Assembly (NCBI GenBank): GCA_021399395.1
Contig: JAAFKJ010000128.1
Location: forward strand, 1 to 10,881
DNA from: Candidatus Heimdallarchaeota archaeon
GTDB lineage: Archaea; Asgardarchaeota; Heimdallarchaeia; Heimdallarchaeales; Heimdallarchaeaceae
DNA length: 10,881 nucleotides
Direction: 5' to 3'
The first letter of the stretch is position 1. Every line of letters starts with the position of its first letter. The notes beneath the pieces are model-generated. The model saw only the letters and a list, made by a program, of their open reading frames with translations. It was not told the origin of the DNA and searched no databases. Of this stretch, positions 1 through 7,465 are shown piece after piece. A program made the position numbers and the translations under genes.

Positions 1-1178
1 ATCTGTATCATTGGCTAGTAAAGGATAAGGATCATATGTATCATTGGTCACATCCTCTGAGGTTTCGAAGTAATATGATCCTGTTCCGTTCCAATCTGTC
101 CAAATATTTCCTTCACTTATCGTTTCATCAAACCACTGTGTTTCAAGTATCCCACTATCACAAAATACTTGTGAATGGTTAGAGTCTCCATTTCCATCAA
201 AATAGTTATGATATATGCGGATATTTTCAAGAACATATGATGTAACTTCAATTTCAATTCCGAAATCAGTATTATACTGTATCAGATTGTTATATATATC
301 GCAATTTTCTAAACGGCGTGAAAATATTCCAACTCTATTGTATTGAATGGTGTTGTTAAAGATGGAAGCATTTACAGAGAACGCTCTAATACCAGTGTTA
401 CTGTTCTTAATAACAATATTCTCTGATACATTCAACATTTGACCATCATCATTTGAAATAGCAATACCTATATAATTTCCAATACAGATATTGCGGCATA
501 TCGTGCCAATTACTGGTCCATCAAATAGAGAATATGTATGTAGATCAATGCCTATATATCCATTGTTTAAACAACGATTTGATTCTATTTTAAATCGATT
601 GGAGTATGTGAGAGATATTCCTTCAGAATTAAAAGCACAAGTATTGTTTATTATATTCATTTCATCACAAGCCCAAGCATAAATTCCTGGACCTGAGGCA
701 TATGCAATCGTATTATTTGAGATATTATGTCTAGCTGTATTAACAATATGAATTCCAGCATATTCTCCAAGTAAACAAGAATTATTAGTAATTGTAGCTA
801 TCCCATTTTCTATTGAATCTATATAGATATTGTATTGTCCTCCAATAATATAGCAGCCAGTAATAACAAAGTGTGAAGTTACATCCTTTATTGTAATAGC
901 TGGATCTGAATGTGCATTTTCAAGAATATACAAGTTGCTTATAACATATGGATCTTCCTCCACTCCTGAACCCGGAAATCCATAATCAAGAAAATCACTA
1001 TTTTCATCAATTTTGATAGCATCAGAGAAAACGAAATCATCAGGATTAGTATCTATAATTATGCTATATTTGCTTAGATATGAATCTAAACTGGAAGAAG
1101 TGTTGGAAGTTGAATAAATAGGAATAATAGCTAAAACTAGAAGAAAAACAAATAAACCACTTCCGTTTTTAGATTCAC
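1..1178 (-). CDS. Secreted/surface right-handed parallel beta-helix (NosD/pectin-lyase-like) protein. 3' end runs off the window; 5' end lacks an in-frame start (possible frameshift).
   Basis: Manual translation shows the minus frame open from 1179 to 1 (393 codons, no stop), bounded upstream by TAG at 1182-1180. It has a hydrophobic N-terminus (GLFVFLLVLAIIPIYS), the cap motif IKIDENSDFLDYGFPGSGVEEDPYVI, and repeated I-x-N-N-x...G-I-x-I/L beta-helix coils. The C-cap is QWFDETISEGNIWTDWNGTGSY...DPYPL. It ends in NDTD at the window edge, probably the start of DxDxD repeats. Confidence 0.88.
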
Positions 1179-1276
1179 ACTAAATTATAGCTTTGAACTT
1201 CTATAAGTTTTTCTTAACATAGACACCCCACCTTCTTAAAAGAGTATTATTTCCAAGATTCTATAATTAACTTCCC

Positions 1277-1328
1277 TAACGAGAAGGATGAGTTAACAAG
1301 AAGAATAGAGTTTACGAGAAGAAGGGAT
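1277..1328. repeat. Three imperfect tandem direct repeats (17-18 bp) in the divergent intergenic region
   Basis: TAACGAGAAGGATGAGT (1277-1293), TAACAAGAAGAATAGAGT (1294-1311), TTACGAGAAGAAGGGAT (1312-1328). Shared core TWACRAGAAGRA. Confidence 0.6.
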
Positions 1329-1373
1329 ATTCTAATAAGATAGGCTACTTTTGACCTTAATTCTCAACGATAA

Positions 1374-1391
1374 ATAGATAAGCTTTTTATT
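1374..1391 (+). promoter_or_regulatory. Putative archaeal BRE/TATA promoter of the hydrolase gene (likely leaderless mRNA)
   Basis: Purine-rich AATAGATAAG followed by TTTTTATT (1384-1391), centred about 26 nt upstream of GTG 1413. No SD motif before the start. Confidence 0.4.
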
Positions 1392-1412
1392 CAAATATAA
1401 ATTCTTAATATT

Positions 1413-2264
1413 GTGCTAGACTTATTGAAACTTAGGAATGCTTGTGAAGATTCTTATCATATTCTTACATCAAAAGATGATACCAAACTCTTTCTTCGGG
1501 AATGGAAGACTCCCCATTTATCAAAAACCGCCTTTCTTATTCATCATGGAATTACTGCCTATAGTGGACCTTATGGCATGATTGGTAATCGTCTCTCAGA
1601 TATGGGATATTCTACCTATGGTTTAGATCTCAGAGGTCACGGATTATCTGAAGGACCACGAGGTGATTATACTAGTAAGCATAAACTCTTTGAAGATCTC
1701 GAAGTAACTCTTGACTTTCTTAAATCAAAGCATGATAATATAGTCTTAATTGGGCACAGTCTTGGAGTTGTCACTAGTTCAATTTCTGTGAATCTATTTC
1801 CTGAGCAAATAGGAGGTTTAGTTTTTCTAAGTACAGCAAGAGAGGTGAGAGAAGGAGCTTCTTATTCAAGAAGAACATTTGCTACTACACTTAAGATTCT
1901 TTTCTGGTCCATCTTTAAACCTAGCAAACCAATTATTCATTTCTACCGAGAAGGAATTAGAGGGAAAGAAGATCCATTGTTCAATTTTTTCTATACGCTC
2001 AGATTTTTAAGAACGATTAATCCAGAGGATCTTGTTCTTCCAGAGGAGATAAATTATCCAGTTTTTGTTGGTGTAGGGGAGAGTGATGAACTATTCTCAG
2101 TTGATGCCACAAAAGCATTCTTTGAAGAAATTCAGAGTGAAACTAAGGAATTTGCATTACTTCCGGGGGCAAAGCATGCTCATTTCGAAGAGAATAGTTT
2201 TGATCCATTGTACAATTGGGTAAAAAAATCATTTGTCCTTGAAACACTGAAAGCTGAATATTAA
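1413..2264 (+). CDS. Alpha/beta hydrolase, Hydrolase_4 / lysophospholipase (PldB)-monoacylglycerol lipase-like
   Basis: Family motifs LIHHG...SGPY and DLRGHGLSEGPRG, nucleophile elbow GHSLG, acid GESDEL, and His in GAKHAH, giving a complete Ser-Asp-His triad. No signal peptide. Start could be GTG 1413 or TTG 1425. Confidence 0.9.
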   Translation: MLDLLKLRNACEDSYHILTSKDDTKLFLREWKTPHLSKTAFLIHHGITAYSGPYGMIGNRLSDMGYSTYGLDLRGHGLSEGPRGDYTSKHKLFEDLEVTLDFLKSKHDNIVLIGHSLGVVTSSISVNLFPEQIGGLVFLSTAREVREGASYSRRTFATTLKILFWSIFKPSKPIIHFYREGIRGKEDPLFNFFYTLRFLRTINPEDLVLPEEINYPVFVGVGESDELFSVDATKAFFEEIQSETKEFALLPGAKHAHFEENSFDPLYNWVKKSFVLETLKAEY

Positions 2265-2294
2265 GTGTATAATTTCTAAGAGAATGATATCTTC

Positions 2295-2308
2295 GATAGA
2301 AATTTATA
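2295..2308 (+). promoter_or_regulatory. Putative archaeal BRE/TATA promoter of the DUF998-like gene (likely leaderless mRNA)
   Basis: GATAGAAA (BRE-like) plus TTTATA at 2303-2308, 24-29 nt upstream of ATG 2332. The spacer is pyrimidine-rich with no SD. Confidence 0.5.
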
Positions 2309-2331
2309 CTACACCTTTTCTCTTTTCTTGA

Positions 2332-2994
2332 ATGCTAACAGAAAAAAGAACAAAACTATTCTTAAATTCCAGTTTAATTTTAGCAATTGTTTCTATTGTC
2401 ATCTTTATAACTGGTACATTGCTTGCCATGCTACTTGTTGAAGATCACGATTTTATCTATGATGTCTTCTCAACAACAGGACATGACAACGATTACGCCT
2501 GGTTATTCAATTCATCCTTAATAGTTTCAGGTATTCTTATGATACCATGTTTTCCAGCAATATATTTTGTAATGAAAAACGAACAAGATTCTAAACCAAG
2601 ATTACTTCTAGCAACAACCATCTTGGGGACATTGATAGGTCCATTCATGTCAATGGCTGGAGTTTTTAATGAAGGAGATTATTTTGTTCTTCATCTGGTC
2701 TTTGCTATTGGAGCATATGGCTTTGTTATATTCGCTGCATTCTGTTGGGGTATCTATGTTAAGCTGATGGATAAAGAGCATGCCTACAAAAGAAACAAGA
2801 TTTGGTATCTCGATTTTTCTGTAAACGTAATAATTTTATTATTTATCCTCGCTTATGTAATAACAGTAGGTTTCTTTCCATCATTCTTCTATGGTCATCT
2901 GGGAATCATGGAGAAATTAACAATATATGCATTCTTTGTCTTCTTCATTACTATTCTAGCTAGATTGCTCATCATTGTTAATAAAAAAGAATAA
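2332..2994 (+). CDS. Integral membrane protein, DUF998 / Frag1-DRAM-Sfk1-like (about 6 TM helices)
   Basis: About six hydrophobic segments. Pattern after TM1 FSTTG...WLFNSSLIVSG, then GVFNE...LHLVFA and a late G-x-x-E-K resemble the conserved S-x-x-G, F-N, H and E of DUF998 proteins. Family call is by recognition only. Confidence 0.7.
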   Translation: MLTEKRTKLFLNSSLILAIVSIVIFITGTLLAMLLVEDHDFIYDVFSTTGHDNDYAWLFNSSLIVSGILMIPCFPAIYFVMKNEQDSKPRLLLATTILGTLIGPFMSMAGVFNEGDYFVLHLVFAIGAYGFVIFAAFCWGIYVKLMDKEHAYKRNKIWYLDFSVNVIILLFILAYVITVGFFPSFFYGHLGIMEKLTIYAFFVFFITILARLLIIVNKKE

Positions 2995-3040
2995 CTATGG
3001 ATATTGCATAATGTTTTATTATTATTAAAAATCCCTTTCG

Positions 3041-3105
3041 AATAGAACATATTATAACTACTAATATTTTCTATCAACTTAACTATTCCAAACGTTGCAG
3101 GTGAT
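3041..3105 (+). promoter_or_regulatory. Putative promoter (AATAGAA + TATTATAA 3050-3057) and archaeal Shine-Dalgarno AGGTGAT (3099-3105) for the transporter operon
   Basis: Motifs read directly from the sequence. GGTGA is the typical archaeal SD core and lies 5 nt before an in-frame ATA at 3111. Confidence 0.5.
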
Positions 3106-3110
3106 ATATT

Positions 3111-4577
3111 ATACTACTAGTCAGTCAGATTATAATTTCTTTGTGTTTTCTAGCCGTTGTTGTGCTACTTTTCACAAATAAATTGAATAGGGCAATAGCA
3201 GCTATAACTGCTGCAATTATCACTTACTTTGTTTTAGTTTTTTCTGAAGGTAAAAGTTTCAGTGTAATAGTTGATTTACTTTTTGGAACACCTGATGATC
3301 AGTTTGTGAATCTCCACTCGCTTATGCTAATTGTAGGTATGATGTTTATAGTTCAAATCTCTGATGAAGCAGGTCTTTTCCAATTTCTTGGAGTCTTAGC
3401 AATAAAAATTACTAAAGGTAAACCATTAGCTTTGATGTCAGTAATGTGTACTTTGTCTGTCATCTTTTCGGCTTTGATAAATAACTTACTCACAGTAATG
3501 ATACTAATCCCTCTAACGATAACAATCTCGCGTATACTCAACATCGACCCAACACCGTACATCATTACTGAAGCAGTAATGGTCAACGTGGGTGGAACAT
3601 TCTTTTCAATTTCATCTATACCAAACATACTTATTGTCACAGAATCACTTTCTACAGACTCTCCAATAAGCTTCAATCAATTCTTTCTCAATGTTGGACT
3701 CTTCTCCTTACTGATTGCTGGAGTCACAATTGGATTCTTCATCTTTCTTTATAGAGCAGAACTAAGAGAACCAAGAAAAAGGACAGTAACAACTTTGGAA
3801 GAATTTAATCCTTGGAACTTTGTACAAAGTCGAAGACTTCTATTTGCATCGATGGGGTCATTAATCCTCTTGATAGTACTTCTTGTATCAATCAATTCTC
3901 CAACTATAACACCTGACATCATTGCACTTTCTATAGCGATGGTACTTACTATATTCAGTTCATTCAATGGAGTGAAACCGAGAGATATTATGAATAAGTT
4001 TGATGTTGAACTCCTGTTATATCTAATGGGTATTTTCGTTGTTGCAGGAGGTTTAGAGGAAGTTGGTATTATAGATGTAATAGGGATAGCTTTGAGCAAC
4101 ATAGGAGGTAGCAATCCCGTTTTTCAAATGATTTTCATTGTCTGGATATCGGCTTTTCTTAGTTCATTAATTGATAATATACCAATAACGAAGGTACTCA
4201 TACCCATTGTTGGTAGTATGTCAGCAGCCAACAATTTCTCATTTTATGCTTTGTCTTTTGGAGCTAATTGGGGAGATAATCTAACACCTTTAGGAGATAA
4301 TATTCTAGTACTAAATATTGCTGAACAACATAATCGTCCAGTTAAGATGAAAACATTCTGGAAAGTAGGTTTCACCACAACAATAATTCAACTTATTCTA
4401 GTTACTCTATACTTCACCTTCTTCTCTAAAGAAACATATCTAATAGGCTTAATCCTAGGTTTAGTGATAATTACATCAGTTGGAATAGTTTTTATAATTT
4501 CAAAGTATGGTAATGAACAGGTAAAATCATACTTGAACAAAGCAATCAACAAATTCAGATCAATTGTAATAGGTTAA
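3111..4577 (+). CDS. ArsB/NhaD/P-protein-like (CitMHS/SLC13, IT superfamily) secondary transporter. Start ATA 3111 proposed; the track gives TTG 3141.
   Basis: About 12-14 hydrophobic segments with two-fold internal repeat motifs: LIVGMMFIV..SDEAGLF, SALINNLLTVMILIP, NVGG...IPNILI, LYLMGIFVVAGGLEEVGII, SSLIDNIP, ALSFGANWG. The frame is open back to TGA 3102-3104. Confidence 0.88.
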   Translation: MLLVSQIIISLCFLAVVVLLFTNKLNRAIAAITAAIITYFVLVFSEGKSFSVIVDLLFGTPDDQFVNLHSLMLIVGMMFIVQISDEAGLFQFLGVLAIKITKGKPLALMSVMCTLSVIFSALINNLLTVMILIPLTITISRILNIDPTPYIITEAVMVNVGGTFFSISSIPNILIVTESLSTDSPISFNQFFLNVGLFSLLIAGVTIGFFIFLYRAELREPRKRTVTTLEEFNPWNFVQSRRLLFASMGSLILLIVLLVSINSPTITPDIIALSIAMVLTIFSSFNGVKPRDIMNKFDVELLLYLMGIFVVAGGLEEVGIIDVIGIALSNIGGSNPVFQMIFIVWISAFLSSLIDNIPITKVLIPIVGSMSAANNFSFYALSFGANWGDNLTPLGDNILVLNIAEQHNRPVKMKTFWKVGFTTTIIQLILVTLYFTFFSKETYLIGLILGLVIITSVGIVFIISKYGNEQVKSYLNKAINKFRSIVIG

Positions 4578-4578
4578 T

Positions 4579-6273
4579 GTGAAAAAAATGGTAATGAAAA
4601 CAATAGAAAGAATCAAAAGAGCTCTCCCTGAAGTGGAGCACATAGTCATGTTTTATAACGATGGAACAGTCTATCAAACAACTTTTGAACAATTCGAAGA
4701 ATCAGTCAATATTCCAAAAGTTGGTGAAGATTTCTCAAAGGTTCTTTCAACCATACGAGATTTGTATGATTTATCTAATTATAAATTCAAAGGGTATAAT
4801 CAGTTACTCTTTGACACAGATGACATTGATATTCTCATCATCAAAATTGGTGAAGATACTAATTTAGCTCTTTTCTTCAGAAAAACTTTGGTAAAGGATG
4901 AACTCAAAATCGATTCTGTTCGAAGATATATAGCGAAAATTGGTAAACTAATCGATATAGGTCAGATAGATCTTATTGGCCAAGACATTAGAACAGCAGA
5001 AAAAGCACTTAAAACTCTTTATGAGGAGTTAGAAGAGAAGCTGGAAAAACAGAAACAACTTCATATCAAACTGGGTGCTTCTACTGACGATCTTAAGGAT
5101 TTTGAAAAAATCACCAAAGACATTGAGGAATTAACAACAAACATAGAAATTGCTGAACACGAGATAGACATGAAGCAAGAGGAGATCACTATTCTGGATG
5201 AGAAAATTACTTCTGAAGAGGGAAGGTTAGAACTTGTTAAGAAGGAATTGAGACTTAAGAGAACAAATGTTAAGGATTTCGAAAATAGAATAAAGGATCG
5301 TGAAGAAAGAAAAGCAGCTCTTGAAGACAAACCAGATGAGGAGAGAGAAGAAAGCAAAATCACCGAGCTTTCCAAGGAGATTGAAGAAATCAGAGAGAAT
5401 CTTGATTCTGAGAAAATTGATGTCGAAAGTAATAGTGAACAAATGACTCTTCTTAAGGTAAAATTGGAAGAAGATAAACAAAGGTTGGAAGAAAGTAATT
5501 CAGATAAAATAAGAAAAGAAGAACACATGCAAGAATTGTATAAAGATCTTGAAGAAAAGATGAGTAGGGAACAATCCCACCTAGAAGTTGTAGGAATGAA
5601 AAAAGATATCGATAAACTCTCAAGCATTGAGGAAGAAATCAAAGAATTGAACACACAGATCACTTCAACAAAACAGAGGTTAGAAAACAAAAATCAAGAA
5701 ATCAAGGACATGCAAGATAAGATAAAAGACATCGACAAACAGATTGAAGATTTGGAAGATAATATTCAAGATAATCTTAAAGAGATAACCAAACTTCAAG
5801 AACAGATGGAAAAAGACAATAAAGAGATTGCTGACCTAAGAAGAGAACTGGCAACTGAAGATGATGATAAGAAACGAAAGAAAATAGAGAAAGAGATTGA
5901 AAAGTTAGAAGCTGATGTTAACTACTGCGTAGAATGTATGGAAGTAGATACAGCAAAAATGGAGAAAAACAAAGAAAATCTCAAAGAACTTTCTAAGAAA
6001 ATGAAAGAAGAAAAGAAATCTTTAGAAAGAGCTCAAAAAGAATTAGACCTCAAAGATCAGCAATTAGAGGGTTTGTACAAAGAACTAGAAGCTGAGTTAG
6101 AAATACAGAAAACCCTACTTAAAGGCGTAGACAAAGAAGAAGAGCTTCAAGGAGCAAGCAAAGTATCCAAGGAAATTGCTGAAATAGAGAACCAAATCAG
6201 TAAAGTCAAATCTGAGATAGCTACAAGAACTGCAGATCTTGAAGAGCTGAAAGAGAAATTTGAAGAAATTTAG
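4579..6273 (+). CDS. Roadblock/LC7 (MglB/LAMTOR-like) domain protein with a long C-terminal coiled coil
   Basis: aa ~6-126 show an alpha-beta-beta-alpha-beta-beta-beta-alpha pattern (PEVEHIVMFYNDGTVYQT; helix; YNQLLFDTDDIDILIIKIGEDTNLALFF; helix) typical of roadblock folds. aa ~130-564 are E/K-rich heptads. No Walker A and no TM segment. It begins 1 nt after the transporter stop; alternative starts are ATG 4588 or 4594. Confidence 0.75.
   Translation: MKKMVMKTIERIKRALPEVEHIVMFYNDGTVYQTTFEQFEESVNIPKVGEDFSKVLSTIRDLYDLSNYKFKGYNQLLFDTDDIDILIIKIGEDTNLALFFRKTLVKDELKIDSVRRYIAKIGKLIDIGQIDLIGQDIRTAEKALKTLYEELEEKLEKQKQLHIKLGASTDDLKDFEKITKDIEELTTNIEIAEHEIDMKQEEITILDEKITSEEGRLELVKKELRLKRTNVKDFENRIKDREERKAALEDKPDEEREESKITELSKEIEEIRENLDSEKIDVESNSEQMTLLKVKLEEDKQRLEESNSDKIRKEEHMQELYKDLEEKMSREQSHLEVVGMKKDIDKLSSIEEEIKELNTQITSTKQRLENKNQEIKDMQDKIKDIDKQIEDLEDNIQDNLKEITKLQEQMEKDNKEIADLRRELATEDDDKKRKKIEKEIEKLEADVNYCVECMEVDTAKMEKNKENLKELSKKMKEEKKSLERAQKELDLKDQQLEGLYKELEAELEIQKTLLKGVDKEEELQGASKVSKEIAEIENQISKVKSEIATRTADLEELKEKFEEI
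5017..6270 (+). repeat. Protein-level internal repeat (about 175 aa, x2.4) in the coiled coil
   Basis: LYEELEEK (aa147), LYKDLEEK (aa320) and LYKELEAE (aa499) are spaced 173 and 179 aa apart. Each is followed by a Gly-containing break and then I/V-x-K/E-D/E-I-x-E-L/I. Confidence 0.7.
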
Positions 6274-6343
6274 TCTCACAAATGTCTTAACTTTGTAAAA
6301 AACAAACCAATATAACACTGGAGTCATATTGTAGAAATAGAAT

Positions 6344-7465
6344 ATGAAGACCAAACCTGTAGTTGTATTTTCAATTTTATCAATAGGAATTATCGTTACT
6401 TTAGCTGTAACTATTCCTATGATGACTCAAGAAGAGAGTAGGGTACAATTTATTCACATAACTTCGGATGAGGAATTTGTAAACTATAATCTTCCAGGTT
6501 CTGGTTCAATTGAAGATCCCTATATTATCGAATCATTTAATCTAGGATTCGAAGAAAAAAATATCAAGGATTACTCGCCCCTGTTATATCTCACAAACAT
6601 CACAAAACATGTAATTATACGAAACAATTTGTTCAATGGGAGTCACATAGCAATTCTAATTGATGAAGTACAGAGTAGTTCAGTTTTGATCGAGGATAAC
6701 TATTTCATATCACAGGATCAATGTGTAAACGGGATTTGTTTCAATAGTTTCTATGGAATAAAAATTGTCGATTCAAACACTATTGTTATTCGAGACAATG
6801 AATTTCAAGAGAGTAATTATGAAGGGTATATCTATGGTATATTCTTCGAAAGATGCGAAAATTTAGAGATAATTGGAAACAAGATAAGCTCATTCTATGC
6901 AATCTATGCGCTGGAATCTTTCTATTTCACAATCGAGAATAATTACTATTATGAATCAGTTGATATTTATTTTGAACAATGCTCCTATTTTGATATTAAG
7001 AACAATATTCATGATTATATCCACCGGTTCAAGGTAAGATATTCTAGTTTCATGAATTTTGAAAACAATATAGTCTTAGGTTACAATGATAGTTTTGGAG
7101 TGATTTTGGAACAAAGCATTGCAATGGACATAATTAACAATACTTTCTTCCAAAATGTAGTTGGTGTAAGTCTTATCAATACACACGAGATCAGAATATT
7201 AAACAATTTTTTCGAAACTTGTACAGGTTATGCAATTGAACTCTTGGACGGTTCCAGTAGCAATATTATTCAGCTAAATGGTTTTGTGAATAATAATCTA
7301 AATTCAGCAACAGAGGTACAAGCATTGGATAACGGCTTTTTTAATTCCTGGAGCAATGAATTAACAGAGAAAGGTAATTATTGGTCGAATATTGGAACAA
7401 GATTAGTGTATGATATCGATGGGGAAGCGAAAGCAAGGGATTACTACCCTCTAACTGAATTTTAA
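6344..7465 (+). CDS. N-terminally membrane-anchored NosD/right-handed beta-helix protein (paralog of the gene at 1..1178)
   Basis: N-terminal TM/signal VVVFSILSIGIIVTLAVTIPM, cap IHITSDEEFVNYNLPGSGSIEDPYIIE, beta-helix coils (IIRNNLF, IRDNEF, IINNTF, ILNNFF), and C-cap QALDNG..NSW...GNYWSN...YDIDG...DYYPL. Confidence 0.88.
   Translation: MKTKPVVVFSILSIGIIVTLAVTIPMMTQEESRVQFIHITSDEEFVNYNLPGSGSIEDPYIIESFNLGFEEKNIKDYSPLLYLTNITKHVIIRNNLFNGSHIAILIDEVQSSSVLIEDNYFISQDQCVNGICFNSFYGIKIVDSNTIVIRDNEFQESNYEGYIYGIFFERCENLEIIGNKISSFYAIYALESFYFTIENNYYYESVDIYFEQCSYFDIKNNIHDYIHRFKVRYSSFMNFENNIVLGYNDSFGVILEQSIAMDIINNTFFQNVVGVSLINTHEIRILNNFFETCTGYAIELLDGSSSNIIQLNGFVNNNLNSATEVQALDNGFFNSWSNELTEKGNYWSNIGTRLVYDIDGEAKARDYYPLTEF

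Noticed and set aside
491-682. 63-aa plus-strand ORF from the track
   Set aside because: Antisense to the well-supported beta-helix gene; no recognisable motifs.
1180-1203. TAG read-through (pyrrolysine or recoding) to explain the missing start of the first gene
   Set aside because: It would need two TAGs (1182-1180 and 1203-1201) read through with no good start just beyond. TAG is used as a normal stop at 6271-6273.
2895-4114. Minus-strand ORFs 2895..3077, 3353..3676 and 3749..4114
   Set aside because: Antisense shadows overlapping the DUF998-like and transporter genes.
4579-6273. SMC/Rad50 or ESCRT-III/PspA assignment for the coiled-coil protein
   Set aside because: No Walker A/B or signature motif and no hinge domain. 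Length and N-terminal alpha/beta domain do not fit ESCRT-III/PspA.
4661-6354. ORFs 4661..4867 (+), 5061..5690, 5227..5481 and 6115..6354 (-)
   Set aside because: Overlap the coiled-coil gene. The S/L/F-rich composition of the minus-strand ones is the expected reverse complement of GAA/AAA codons.
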